Below are positions 28,033 to 36,308 of a stretch of DNA of 39,411 bases, piece after piece. Location of the stretch: IMG/VR virus record IMGVR_UViG_3300027994_000010, positions 1-39,411 of that record; one strand, written 5' to 3'. Both the position numbers and the translations under genes were made by a program. The notes under the pieces are model-generated. The model was not told where the DNA came from. It saw nothing but the letters and a program-made list of their open reading frames with translations, and made no database searches. Each line of letters starts with the position of its first letter. Position 1 is the first letter of the stretch. The DNA is from a virus (lineage: Duplodnaviria; Caudoviricetes).

Positions 28033-28523
28033 ATTTTTATTCCTTTTGATATTAAGTATTGCATGTGTTTTTCTTTGGTGTCTAACAAATCTCCTTCCTT
28101 TGATTTGAATAAACGCAAGTCTGAAACAAAAATTAAAAATTTATGTGATTTTCTGTGTTCTGAAATAGACAAAAGAAAAACATCTTTTAGAAAGTCATTA
28201 TTGTAGTTCCAATGGTGTAATTCAAAACCGTCAGGTATTTTAAAGTTCCTATTAAGGTTTTTAACTACAGATAAATTTTTCCAAGGCCTTTTTAAATCCC
28301 ATTCTTTTTGCCTTTCTTTATAGTTAAGTCTGGTATATTTTTCTCTTTGCCTTTCTCTTTCTTTTTCTAAACCTTCCGGTGTAGAGATAATTTTTAATCT
28401 GGTATTTTCAGAATCTTTTTTTGTGCAAACTTTACACTTATTCAAGTGACCGTCTGCCATTTGTTTGTGCGTATAGTATTCATAAAGTTCTTTTTCTTCA
28501 CCGCATTTAAAACATACCTTCAT
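28029..28523 (-). CDS. Putative HNH (homing) endonuclease
   Basis: CFKC...[11 protein letters not shown]-terminal Zn module; ELHHWNY...EHRKSH; AT-rich. Confidence 0.7.
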   Translation of the reverse strand: MKVCFKCGEEKELYEYYTHKQMADGHLNKCKVCTKKDSENTRLKIISTPEGLEKERERQREKYTRLNYKERQKEWDLKRPWKNLSVVKNLNRNFKIPDGFELHHWNYNNDFLKDVFLLSISEHRKSHKFLIFVSDLRLFKSKEGDLLDTKEKHMQYLISKGIKI

Positions 28524-28585
28524 AGTTTTTATTTTTTTATAAATATATGTTTTTAAAACGGTAACTACAAATTTAATTTACCATT

Positions 28586-28945
28586 TTAAAAAGGTAAATC
28601 TGATTCCTCCGCGTTTCCAGAAGACGGCTCAAATGTCTGCGCTTGTTGTTGCACTGGTGCTTGAGCCGAACCCTGCTCTTTCTCAATCCTCCAACCCTGA
28701 ATCTGATTGAAATACTTCGCCTCGCCTTGTGGGTTAATCCACTCGCGTCCACGTAAATTGATACTTACCTTTACCGAATCCCCAGATTTGTAATTATTCA
28801 GCAAGTCGCACTTGTCCTGCGTAAACTCGATCATGATGTGCTGCGGATACTGCTCATCCGTGGTCACCACCAATTCTCTTTTCTTAAAGCTGGCGCTCAC
28901 TTGTTGCTCAGCATTGATTAATTTGATTACTCCTGATACTTCCAT
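28586..28945 (-). CDS. DUF3127-family ssDNA-binding protein
   Basis: FKKRELVVTTDEQYPQ, INLRGREW, YFN.IQGWRIE, acidic DLPF C-terminus. Confidence 0.85.
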   Translation of the reverse strand: MEVSGVIKLINAEQQVSASFKKRELVVTTDEQYPQHIMIEFTQDKCDLLNNYKSGDSVKVSINLRGREWINPQGEAKYFNQIQGWRIEKEQGSAQAPVQQQAQTFEPSSGNAEESDLPF

Positions 28946-28946
28946 T

Positions 28947-30020
28947 TTATAAATTATTTACTTGGTTAACAGCCCATTTTTTAAAGGCTTCGAATTTTTC
29001 TTTGATTTCTTTAGTAGCGTCGTTGTCTATATTGGTTTCGGGAATAGAGAATGAACCAACCCAAACTACCAACTGTTTTTTAATTGGTGCTTTGGCAAGT
29101 TTCTCGGCTTCTTTACGCTCTGCTTCCGCTTTTAGTTCCGATTCTTTTTTCGACTTTTCCTCTGCGTCCTGTTTTGCTTTTAGTTCGGCTTGCAACTTCT
29201 CTTGTTTTTCACGTTCTGCGGCAAGTTCCAATTCCTTTTTTTTCGCAATCCTATTGGCTTCGTCCTGTGCTTTTTTGCGTTCCTCTGCCAATAGTTTTTC
29301 AGCAGCTTCACGTTCGTATTTTATTACAGCTTCACGTTCGTCGGCTTCTTTTTTCAATTGTTCGTTTTCCAAACGTTGCGCCTCAATGCGTTCCAACTCT
29401 GCTTTACGTTCTGCTTCGACGCGTTCTGCTTCTATCTTATCAGATTCTATCTTAACCTCATAAGCGGCTTTTTTAGTAGCCAAAAACGATTCAAACACAT
29501 CAGCGTCCAAAGAAGCTAAATCGCTAGGTAGCACATCGACAAACGGGCGCAACAATTCTTCACGATCCAAACGTAACGCATGAAGTCGGGCATTTTCCAA
29601 ATTCTCGAAATACTTTTCAGCCTCCAGAAGTTTTGATTCCATTTGCTCGTTCTCCAAAACCTCTTTGTTTTTGATGGCATCAACGAAGCGACCTCCAGCC
29701 AAATAAAAAGCTTTGTTTGTCTTATGCCATTTCTCAATGCCTTGCGTCCGGTTCTTGACAATCTTTAAACGCAACTCTTTAAATGTTGGTAGATTTTCAG
29801 CCGTTACTGGCAATTCAACAACATCGATGTACGCATTCTTTAATGCTTCACGTTCGGCAAAGACGGTTGTTAGTCCGCTTACCATTTCCTGCGCTTTTAC
29901 GGGTTCAATTCCGAACAAATCAGGGGCGATTTCCCCTGATAGTTCAATTGGAATTAACTCTTGGTTCTCGTGCAAATCCCATTCGGTTTGCTGCTCTCTG
30001 TTTTCTCTTGAAATTCCCAT
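28947..30020 (-). CDS. Coiled-coil recombination-module protein
   Basis: E/K/A-rich helical; GGRFVD motif; lies between the AAA ATPase and SSB. Confidence 0.6.
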   Translation of the reverse strand: MGISRENREQQTEWDLHENQELIPIELSGEIAPDLFGIEPVKAQEMVSGLTTVFAEREALKNAYIDVVELPVTAENLPTFKELRLKIVKNRTQGIEKWHKTNKAFYLAGGRFVDAIKNKEVLENEQMESKLLEAEKYFENLENARLHALRLDREELLRPFVDVLPSDLASLDADVFESFLATKKAAYEVKIESDKIEAERVEAERKAELERIEAQRLENEQLKKEADEREAVIKYEREAAEKLLAEERKKAQDEANRIAKKKELELAAEREKQEKLQAELKAKQDAEEKSKKESELKAEAERKEAEKLAKAPIKKQLVVWVGSFSIPETNIDNDATKEIKEKFEAFKKWAVNQVNNL

Positions 30021-30028
30021 TATTTAAT

Positions 30029-30877
30029 TTATTTAGGTTGTTCTTCTGTTATTGGCTCCAATGCTTTCTTGCGCTTATCCTTAGCGGCAACGAATTTTTT
30101 GTCTGTCTGCAGGTTTTTATACTTGCTCCAGATAAATTTAAGGTCGTCCAATGTTGCTACGATTGTCATTTCATTGATTGCAACCTGCAATTCAGAATCC
30201 CCACTTTCGCACCAATTCTTTATTGTCTCGCCTGTTTCCTCTGTAATAAGGAACGGTTGTTTGCCTTCAAAAAGGTTTGTTCGGTCTTTACTTGGTATTG
30301 CCAAATGCGTTTCTCGGTCAATATTCAAAGAAACGGTAAGCTCGTATTCCCAGCCCTCACGTTGAACATCCTTCATTCCAACCTTGTGTACTTTCTTGCC
30401 TTCTCCCATTACGGTTTCCATTTTAGAGCGGGTACAAGTGATTACGTGTGCAGGATGGTGAAGTACTGCGGCAATGAACCTGTCATGTCTTGGCGTTGTT
30501 TTACTCCAGGCACTCCATGTATTGCCTCTGAAAGCCGATTGGGCTAATAGTTCGTTTTCTTCGAGTAGGCATGCCCATTCGTGTGAACTACTGTCAATTA
30601 TTACCGCCTCCATTCCTGCTGCGGTACATGCGGCCAATGCCTCAATATACTTTTCAGGTGTAAACGGCGGTTGCATATCAATAACATTGAACTCGCCTAA
30701 ATCAGAGTAGAGACTTGCAGATCCGTTCTCGGTATCAATGACCGCGATTTTTGACCATTCACCTACTAAACCTTTAGCCATTCTTAAGGCAGAGTATGTT
30801 TTACCTGCCCCGCTTGGTGCGGAAATGTTAAGCCTTAGTTTGACTTGTTTCCTTGTTGCTTTTTTTAATTGTAACAT
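30029..30877 (-). CDS. AAA_24 / Sak4-like recombination ATPase
   Basis: APSGAGKT, VIDTE, IIDS.SHEW, EYE motifs. Confidence 0.8.
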   Translation of the reverse strand: MLQLKKATRKQVKLRLNISAPSGAGKTYSALRMAKGLVGEWSKIAVIDTENGSASLYSDLGEFNVIDMQPPFTPEKYIEALAACTAAGMEAVIIDSSSHEWACLLEENELLAQSAFRGNTWSAWSKTTPRHDRFIAAVLHHPAHVITCTRSKMETVMGEGKKVHKVGMKDVQREGWEYELTVSLNIDRETHLAIPSKDRTNLFEGKQPFLITEETGETIKNWCESGDSELQVAINEMTIVATLDDLKFIWSKYKNLQTDKKFVAAKDKRKKALEPITEEQPK

Positions 30878-31002
30878 AATTATAAAAGTTAAAAGCCGCC
30901 AACGAATGCAGTAGAGCGTGCAAACATTAACGGACTTTTGAAATTTTTCTCACCGGCTCTACTCGGTATTTCAAAAATACAATTTTATTCCCTAACATAC
31001 AA
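30878..31002 (-). promoter_or_regulatory. Promoter plus kissing-loop/pseudoknot leader, copy 3
   Basis: TTG, 20 nt, TATTTTTG; hairpin ACCG-AGTAGAGC-CGGT; complementary GCTCTACT at the apex of a long G-U-rich stem; U-tract. Confidence 0.65.
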
Positions 31003-31497
31003 GCGATTTCCATTCAAAACCACCTCAACGGGATAAGTTGTTGTAATGGTGATTGTGTTGGGTTTAGCTAGCCTAGAAAGCAAACGATCCAATGAACTGC
31101 CTATACTGCATTGCGCTTCCGTAATTAATAATTTAACAGCTTTTTCAGACCTATCGCAAGCTAATATTTGAGCCTCCAATAGTTTCAATGTTCTTTGTAT
31201 TTCAGTTATTTCGACAAGATGCAGTCTGTCATTCACAAACTCGGGTTCGTCGGGTTGGATTTCGCTGAGGAGGATTGACGGCAGTTCTGTATACGACTCA
31301 TTGTCGCAAGCCCAACCGTTGCCTACTCCGAAATAATACCTAAAAGACCCTACTATTCCTCCATTATCATCAGGAAACGCCTTTCTCAAAAACGCCCTCA
31401 ATCCTTCCAAATCTCCGTTGTCATATTCCAGTGCGTGTGATCCGCTGCGAACCGCCTCGATTGCGTGAACCATCAGCCATTTAGTTTCTTTTTCCAT
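30985..31497 (-). CDS. Hypothetical protein
   Basis: 170-aa coupled ORF. Confidence 0.6.
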   Translation of the reverse strand: MEKETKWLMVHAIEAVRSGSHALEYDNGDLEGLRAFLRKAFPDDNGGIVGSFRYYFGVGNGWACDNESYTELPSILLSEIQPDEPEFVNDRLHLVEITEIQRTLKLLEAQILACDRSEKAVKLLITEAQCSIGSSLDRLLSRLAKPNTITITTTYPVEVVLNGNRLYVRE

Positions 31498-31742
31498 TAT
31501 ACCGTTTGTTTTAGTGATTTAAAATCATCAAGTAACTTCCAAGCCTTATTTTTTATATATTCCAATCCAGAAAGTTTATATTTCATCAAAATAGCCATAT
31601 TTATTTGTCTCCACCTAGTATCACGACTATTGTTGCATTCCTTTAGCTCTTCAAAATACAAATCAGCTATTTCGTCTCTATTTAATTCAGATATCGAGTC
31701 TTTCGTTATTCTCATTTCTTTATATTTCGTTAAGTTTATCAA
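31497..31742 (-). CDS. Hypothetical protein
   Basis: W..IN.AI..KY..SGL..IK..AW motif; start uncertain. Confidence 0.55.
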   Translation of the reverse strand: MINLTKYKEMRITKDSISELNRDEIADLYFEELKECNNSRDTRWRQINMAILMKYKLSGLEYIKNKAWKLLDDFKSLKQTV

Positions 31743-31935
31743 TCAATTGCTTATTTAAAGAGTAAAGTTTTGCATAAGAATCGTACATATCTTTTAAAAA
31801 TACGCCTCTTTTTTCTTCTTGTTCTTCGGAGCTATTCATAGGAATTTTGAAAGCTTCTAATTTACAATAAGTGAACTTCTTTTTTAGACTCATTCTTTTC
31901 GCAAACATGATTTCTATTTCGTCATCTATACTCAT
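31720..31935 (-). CDS. Hypothetical protein
   Basis: ATGA-coupled ORF. Confidence 0.5.
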   Translation of the reverse strand: MSIDDEIEIMFAKRMSLKKKFTYCKLEAFKIPMNSSEEQEEKRGVFLKDMYDSYAKLYSLNKQLIDKLNEI

Positions 31936-32210
31936 ACCCTAAATTTTTTAATCAAGTTCAACAATACTAAATTCTCAGAACCAACTCCTGGCAAATGCTC
32001 CAATATTTTGTCTTTCAATCGTCGGTTATGCTCCCTGTCCACATAAGGCTGCTCCATGTAATGCGCCACTTCTTCCCAATCGATATTCGGGTGCTCTGCT
32101 ATTACGTTTGATATTGCGTCCTCTAGGCAAGCGGATTTCATTTCGGGCTGTTCGGGTTCGTATGAGCCTTTGCGTTGGGCTATATCGGACGGTTTTCTAG
32201 TCTCTGACAT
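31932..32210 (-). CDS. Hypothetical protein (start corrected)
   Basis: ATG 32210 follows the upstream stop. Confidence 0.55.
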   Translation of the reverse strand: MSETRKPSDIAQRKGSYEPEQPEMKSACLEDAISNVIAEHPNIDWEEVAHYMEQPYVDREHNRRLKDKILEHLPGVGSENLVLLNLIKKFRV

Positions 32211-32212
32211 AA

Positions 32213-32401
32213 CTATTCTTTTTCTGTTAATTGGTAGTGAAAATCCCTGTGTGCAATATGACATAAATCTTCTATAACTTCCAAAAGATTGTTAATCACT
32301 TCAATTGCTTCGTTTCCGTTTTTGAACACTTCTGCTTGTGTTTCGTCGGCTTTAATTTCTAAAAAAGTTGAGCCGCCTGAAAATCTTGTTGTTAGTTTCA
32401 T
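32213..32401 (-). CDS. Hypothetical protein
   Basis: Co-oriented ORF with A-rich leader. Confidence 0.55.
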   Translation of the reverse strand: MKLTTRFSGGSTFLEIKADETQAEVFKNGNEAIEVINNLLEVIEDLCHIAHRDFHYQLTEKE

Positions 32402-32431
32402 CTTAAATTGTTTTTATCCGAGTTCGGAGGG

Positions 32432-32668
32432 TTAGTAATTCGTTTCAACTTGGCTTAGTGCTTTCGTGAATATAGGGTCATTTTTAAAGTCCAGTAATTC
32501 AACGAATGATTTGGCAATCTTCTTGATGTCGGAAATTGCACTATGCGGTCTTACCTCGTCCAGGAACCGATGGAAAAATTCCCGCTCGGTTAAGGTCATT
32601 GCACTGTATGGGTTGCCGTTTACCGTCCACTTACCGTTGGTCAGCTTGATGTGTAGTTCTGTTATCAT
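32432..32668 (-). CDS. Hypothetical protein
   Basis: NGKWTVNG..Y..MT..E..F motif; ATGA coupling. Confidence 0.6.
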   Translation of the reverse strand: MITELHIKLTNGKWTVNGNPYSAMTLTEREFFHRFLDEVRPHSAISDIKKIAKSFVELLDFKNDPIFTKALSQVETNY

Positions 32669-33027
32669 AGTTCAGAGTATTGAATGTTTTGTATTTCCAA
32701 TAAAAGGTTTTTATCAGCATCCCCAAGTAATTCTGTTTTTATTGATTTCGCCTTCGCCTTCATTTCATCAAGCGTTATTTCCAAATCATATGGGTGTTTT
32801 TCTATATGAAGCATCATATAGTCGAACTCTTCCAATAAGTCTATCAATAATTGTTCTACGCTTAGTTTGTATTTTCCAAACAGTGAAGCCAATATTTTGT
32901 TTAGACGCCCTGCTTTATCTTTAGATATTTCTACATTTATAGCCATGATTTCAAATTGTTTTTTAAAAAAATTAATTAAATTTACCGCGGGATTTTCGTC
33001 CTCTTCTATAACCCAATACATAATCAA
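32665..33027 (-). CDS. Hypothetical protein
   Basis: Co-oriented ORF; start uncertain. Confidence 0.5.
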   Translation of the reverse strand: MIMYWVIEEDENPAVNLINFFKKQFEIMAINVEISKDKAGRLNKILASLFGKYKLSVEQLLIDLLEEFDYMMLHIEKHPYDLEITLDEMKAKAKSIKTELLGDADKNLLLEIQNIQYSEL

Positions 33028-33272
33028 CTCTCTTTAATTTCATTTAACACTTTACTCACCATCTGAAATGCCAACGAATCCGGGTTGTGTACATTCGCGT
33101 CGAAGAACATCTCTGCGATTTGGATTAGTTCTGGCAAGTAATGAGCAGCCTGCTTAAATAATCTTTTGTCTGATTGTTTTTTACTTGAAGATTTTACGTA
33201 TCTATAATTTACGCTTTCTGTACTGTTTTTCGTAATTCCAGACAAATCCGGCCGTGTTTTTTTCGTTTCCAT
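33024..33272 (-). CDS. Hypothetical protein
   Basis: LF.QAAHYLPEL, similar to the phage 'AAPELL' motif. Confidence 0.55.
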   Translation of the reverse strand: METKKTRPDLSGITKNSTESVNYRYVKSSSKKQSDKRLFKQAAHYLPELIQIAEMFFDANVHNPDSLAFQMVSKVLNEIKES

Positions 33273-33341
33273 CTACTTCGCTCCTTTAGGTTTACATTCA
33301 CATGATTCACACGCGCCGTTGCAGTATTTTGGTTTTTTCAT
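33273..33341 (-). CDS. Cys-rich micro-protein (22 aa; not in track)
   Basis: MKKPKYCNGACESCECKPKGAK; stop abuts the next ATG. Confidence 0.4.
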   Translation of the reverse strand: MKKPKYCNGACESCECKPKGAK

Positions 33342-33352
33342 GGTTTTATAGT

Positions 33353-33511
33353 TTATAAATTCTTTAATCGTTTCTTGTAAATTTTCGCTACTGCTTCTTT
33401 TGCGATTTGTGAGCATTCCTTTTCAGGAATAACATCAAATACTTCATACTTAATTCCCATCTTAACCTGTTTGCTAAGTTTTTTAGGGTCGGTTGTTTTT
33501 GTTCTTGCCAT
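33353..33511 (-). CDS. Small basic protein, possible RHH-like regulator (start corrected)
   Basis: MARTKTTDPKK...; TAATG coupling. Confidence 0.5.
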   Translation of the reverse strand: MARTKTTDPKKLSKQVKMGIKYEVFDVIPEKECSQIAKEAVAKIYKKRLKNL

Positions 33512-33702
33512 TATTTTCGATTTAGTTTTACTGAGAATTTTAAACCACATGCGTTAAGTTTTTTGTTCGAAACTTTAATAACGGCGTCGGCTATTTTACG
33601 CTCATAGAATTTAATTATTTCATCGTTAAGAATTGGGTTGTTTTCTGCTTTCAACTGCTTTACTATTTCTTTTGCGTCTTTAACTGTGAATGTAGTTTTC
33701 AT
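33511..33702 (-). CDS. Hypothetical protein, first gene after a strong promoter
   Basis: A-rich leader, MKT start. Confidence 0.55.
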   Translation of the reverse strand: MKTTFTVKDAKEIVKQLKAENNPILNDEIIKFYERKIADAVIKVSNKKLNACGLKFSVKLNRK

Positions 33703-33724
33703 GTTTTGTTCTTGTTTTATTTTT

Positions 33725-33782
33725 CAAAGATAGACTAATTAATTTAATAAACAAGTCTTTTTTAAATTATTTTTTAGTCTAT
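33725..33782 (-). promoter_or_regulatory. Consensus promoter bracketed by a 9-bp inverted repeat (operator candidate)
   Basis: TTG (33754-33752), 19 nt, TATCTTTG (33732-33725); ATAGACTAA 33730-33738 and TTAGTCTAT 33774-33782. Confidence 0.7.
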
Positions 33783-33785
33783 ATT

Positions 33786-33817
33786 AAAAAACCGTCGTCC
33801 TTTTCAAGACAGCGGTT
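33786..33817 (-). terminator. Rho-independent terminator
   Basis: AACCGCTGTC-TTGAAAAG-GACGACGGTT followed by a T-tract. Confidence 0.7.
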
Positions 33818-33906
33818 GTGAAGTGTGGTATTTACTCTAGTTCAGTCTCAAAGAAGTCCACATAGAAATCTTTGTTTTTATACTCGCCTTCATTTGGTAT
33901 TCGGAG

Positions 33907-34062
33907 TTAGTAATAATCGTATTCCTCATTATCTACTTCGTTATAGGTAAAATCATAGTCTACCATTATTTTGCCACTACATGATGGACATATTGTTTTT
34001 CCATTCCATCGGTTTGCTGTGCCAAATATGTTCAAATCTACTTTACAGTGTGGACATTCCAT
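33907..34062 (-). CDS. Small zinc-ribbon protein (51 aa; not in track)
   Basis: MECPHC...ICPSC; acidic/Tyr-rich tail. Confidence 0.55.
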   Translation of the reverse strand: MECPHCKVDLNIFGTANRWNGKTICPSCSGKIMVDYDFTYNEVDNEEYDYY

Positions 34063-34079
34063 AATTAATTATTTAAAGT

Positions 34080-34211
34080 TTACAAATATTTCTCCATCCT
34101 ACTGCTGTAGTATAGTACGTATCGGTTGCCTAGTATAATGAAGATTGGTATGACTAGGATAAGCTCGGTTATTAGTGTGATTAGGTAGAGGATGCGGAGT
34201 AGGGTTTTCAT
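34080..34211 (-). CDS. Small single-TM protein (43 aa; not in track)
   Basis: MKTLLRILYLITLITELILVIPIFIILGNR... Confidence 0.45.
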   Translation of the reverse strand: MKTLLRILYLITLITELILVIPIFIILGNRYVLYYSSRMEKYL

Positions 34212-34215
34212 TTTG

Positions 34216-34422
34216 TCATCTGTAAATAGCAGGTACGTTTGGAAGTTCCATCCAATGGGAAACTACAACCTCTTTTTTCTGAAATATCCACTCTTTATCT
34301 TGACTGTCAAATAAACATACATCCTCAATATAGCACTGTTGTTCGTCATTCATTCTTAAGCATAAATACCTATTGTAGTCAATCGGTAGTCTGTCTGTAA
34401 CTTTTATCCACTCCATAACCAT
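34216..34422 (-). CDS. DUF551-like protein
   Basis: EWIKVTDRLP...VSHWMELP signature. Confidence 0.8.
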   Translation of the reverse strand: MVMEWIKVTDRLPIDYNRYLCLRMNDEQQCYIEDVCLFDSQDKEWIFQKKEVVVSHWMELPNVPAIYR

Positions 34423-34797
34423 CTATTTTATCTGAGTTCCTAAATAAAACCCTCCGATTGCACTAACCCACAACAGCCAGTTTTTCCAAAATTTCTTGCT
34501 TTCCGAAATCTTCTCGTTCAATACGCCCGAATCGTAAGCCAGCTTGTTGCCCTCGTCAACTAACCCACGGTTCTCTGAACGGATCGAAGCGTTTTCTGCA
34601 TTACGGGCATGAATCGAATCCCTTAACACACCAATCTCACGAATAAGTTTATCGAATTCCGTTTCGCATTCCTTGTTACGGTCGCGGTACATTCGACCGA
34701 GTTCAATCTTTTCGTAGTTGAACTTTACCTGCTCGTTGGTTAGGGTAAGTTGTGCCGACATTGATAAAGGCAGTAGGATTAGGAGTAGTGTTTTCAT
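34423..34797 (-). CDS. Secreted coiled-coil protein with C-terminal TM (spanin-like candidate)
   Basis: MKTLLLILLPLSMSA-Q signal; coiled coil; WLLWVSAIGGFYLG tail. Confidence 0.5.
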   Translation of the reverse strand: MKTLLLILLPLSMSAQLTLTNEQVKFNYEKIELGRMYRDRNKECETEFDKLIREIGVLRDSIHARNAENASIRSENRGLVDEGNKLAYDSGVLNEKISESKKFWKNWLLWVSAIGGFYLGTQIK

Positions 34798-35042
34798 AAT
34801 TTTTTACTTAAAGGTTGTTTCAAATCGTTACATTTTGGACATAAAGCAGCGCCATCTCTTTTCAGTTTCCATCCGTCACGCTTAGCCATGTTTCGAGTCG
34901 TATAATATCCGTTTGGCTGATCGTCTGAGTTATATTCAATTGGAAACTTTCTGCAACTATCCCAATCGTAATAACCATGCGGATGATTTTCTTCGTTTTC
35001 ACTGTCGCAATACAAGTGCAATGAATATGCTCCTACAATCAT
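34794..35042 (-). CDS. Small zinc-binding hypothetical protein
   Basis: YSLHLYCD...AKRDGW...LCPKC. Confidence 0.6.
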   Translation of the reverse strand: MIVGAYSLHLYCDSENEENHPHGYYDWDSCRKFPIEYNSDDQPNGYYTTRNMAKRDGWKLKRDGAALCPKCNDLKQPLSKKL

Positions 35043-35395
35043 AACTCCTTTCTATTTAATAATTCATCATACATAACCTCCATTTCAAGCGCCTTTGGTT
35101 TACCGATCGGTCGTGTAATGCGTTTATGCGCTTTCTTGCCTCGATTTTCTACATTCTCCAAGTCTTTCTCGTTGGATGTGTCGTTTGACCCGTTGCGTTG
35201 GGCATTAGCCTCTACACGCGCCTTATTTGACTCCTGCATTTGCTCGTTTGTTTTAATATCCTGCTTGATTTCCGAATTGTCGGGTTTGAATATATCCCGA
35301 AGTGTAACTACTACGAATATACCGAAAATAAGCATCGCCATTATCTTGATGAAATTAAACCAGTCACGTTTGATTAGTTTGTTTTCGTTTTCCAT
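35039..35395 (-). CDS. N-terminally anchored membrane coiled-coil protein (i-spanin-like candidate)
   Basis: Single N-terminal TM followed by a polar helical domain. Confidence 0.5.
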   Translation of the reverse strand: MENENKLIKRDWFNFIKIMAMLIFGIFVVVTLRDIFKPDNSEIKQDIKTNEQMQESNKARVEANAQRNGSNDTSNEKDLENVENRGKKAHKRITRPIGKPKALEMEVMYDELLNRKEL

Positions 35396-35440
35396 ATTTA
35401 ATTGCTTTATCCCAAAAGGGTTGTTATTTGGTTAGGTTTT

Positions 35441-36286
35441 CTATTTCAGGTTATTGTATTTTGAGAGTAAATCGTCGATGAATTCGCTAAAAATATAATA
35501 CGCTGACGAAGTTCCTGCAAAATGTCCCTTCTTGTAATCGTTGTCAATAATTACAGTTGTATCTGCAATTTCCGCTTGCTCTATTAGTGATTTTTTGTAC
35601 GTTTCCAACGCCTCCCCCATTTCCTTTAAAAGCGCATCCTTTTCGTTGGGTTGGGATGAAACATACTCATTTACCAACCTGATGCCGTTTTCAATACTTT
35701 CTGCTGCTTTTCCATTTGTTGCGGGGCTATAAAATATTGTTGTGACTATATCTTTTAAATTATTTGCAGGAACTTCTAATGAATATGTATTATAAATTCC
35801 TTCTAACTTTATTGTTTGCTTCCTGTTACAATGTGGCTCATGCCATTCTGTCTCTGTTTCGCAGTGTTCACAAACTTTTTTATTTGCCGCTTTCCCCACC
35901 TCTTTAATGTTTGATGCGTTGGGGTGTGATTTATTGCCTAAGGTTATAGATTGGTTTCTATTGCAATAAGACTTGTGCCAATCAATATTGTCGGTATCGC
36001 AAAACTCGCATTTCCTTGCCCATACATTGTTTTCGTTATCAAGGGAGGCGGAGGGCTTGCACTTCTGACAAATTCCTTGTACATGCTTTGTGAATTGAAC
36101 GCAGTTGTCGCAATCCTGAATATCGTATTCCTCATCCTCCGCTTCTGCAATATTGGGTTGAGCATTTACTGTAATCCTTTCTCCTAAATGAATTATAGAA
36201 TCGCCACACGATTTACATACTCCATTTACAATGTCCATGTCGGGTACTTTGCAATGACAATCTTTTTTATATTTTGTATTTTCCAT
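35441..36286 (-). CDS. Multi-zinc-finger mosaic hypothetical protein
   Basis: Four Cys/His modules, including two CExC..WH..C-NR.Q.I.L repeats. Confidence 0.6.
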   Translation of the reverse strand: MENTKYKKDCHCKVPDMDIVNGVCKSCGDSIIHLGERITVNAQPNIAEAEDEEYDIQDCDNCVQFTKHVQGICQKCKPSASLDNENNVWARKCEFCDTDNIDWHKSYCNRNQSITLGNKSHPNASNIKEVGKAANKKVCEHCETETEWHEPHCNRKQTIKLEGIYNTYSLEVPANNLKDIVTTIFYSPATNGKAAESIENGIRLVNEYVSSQPNEKDALLKEMGEALETYKKSLIEQAEIADTTVIIDNDYKKGHFAGTSSAYYIFSEFIDDLLSKYNNLK

Positions 36287-36308
36287 ATTCTATTATTTAT
36301 TTTAAGGT

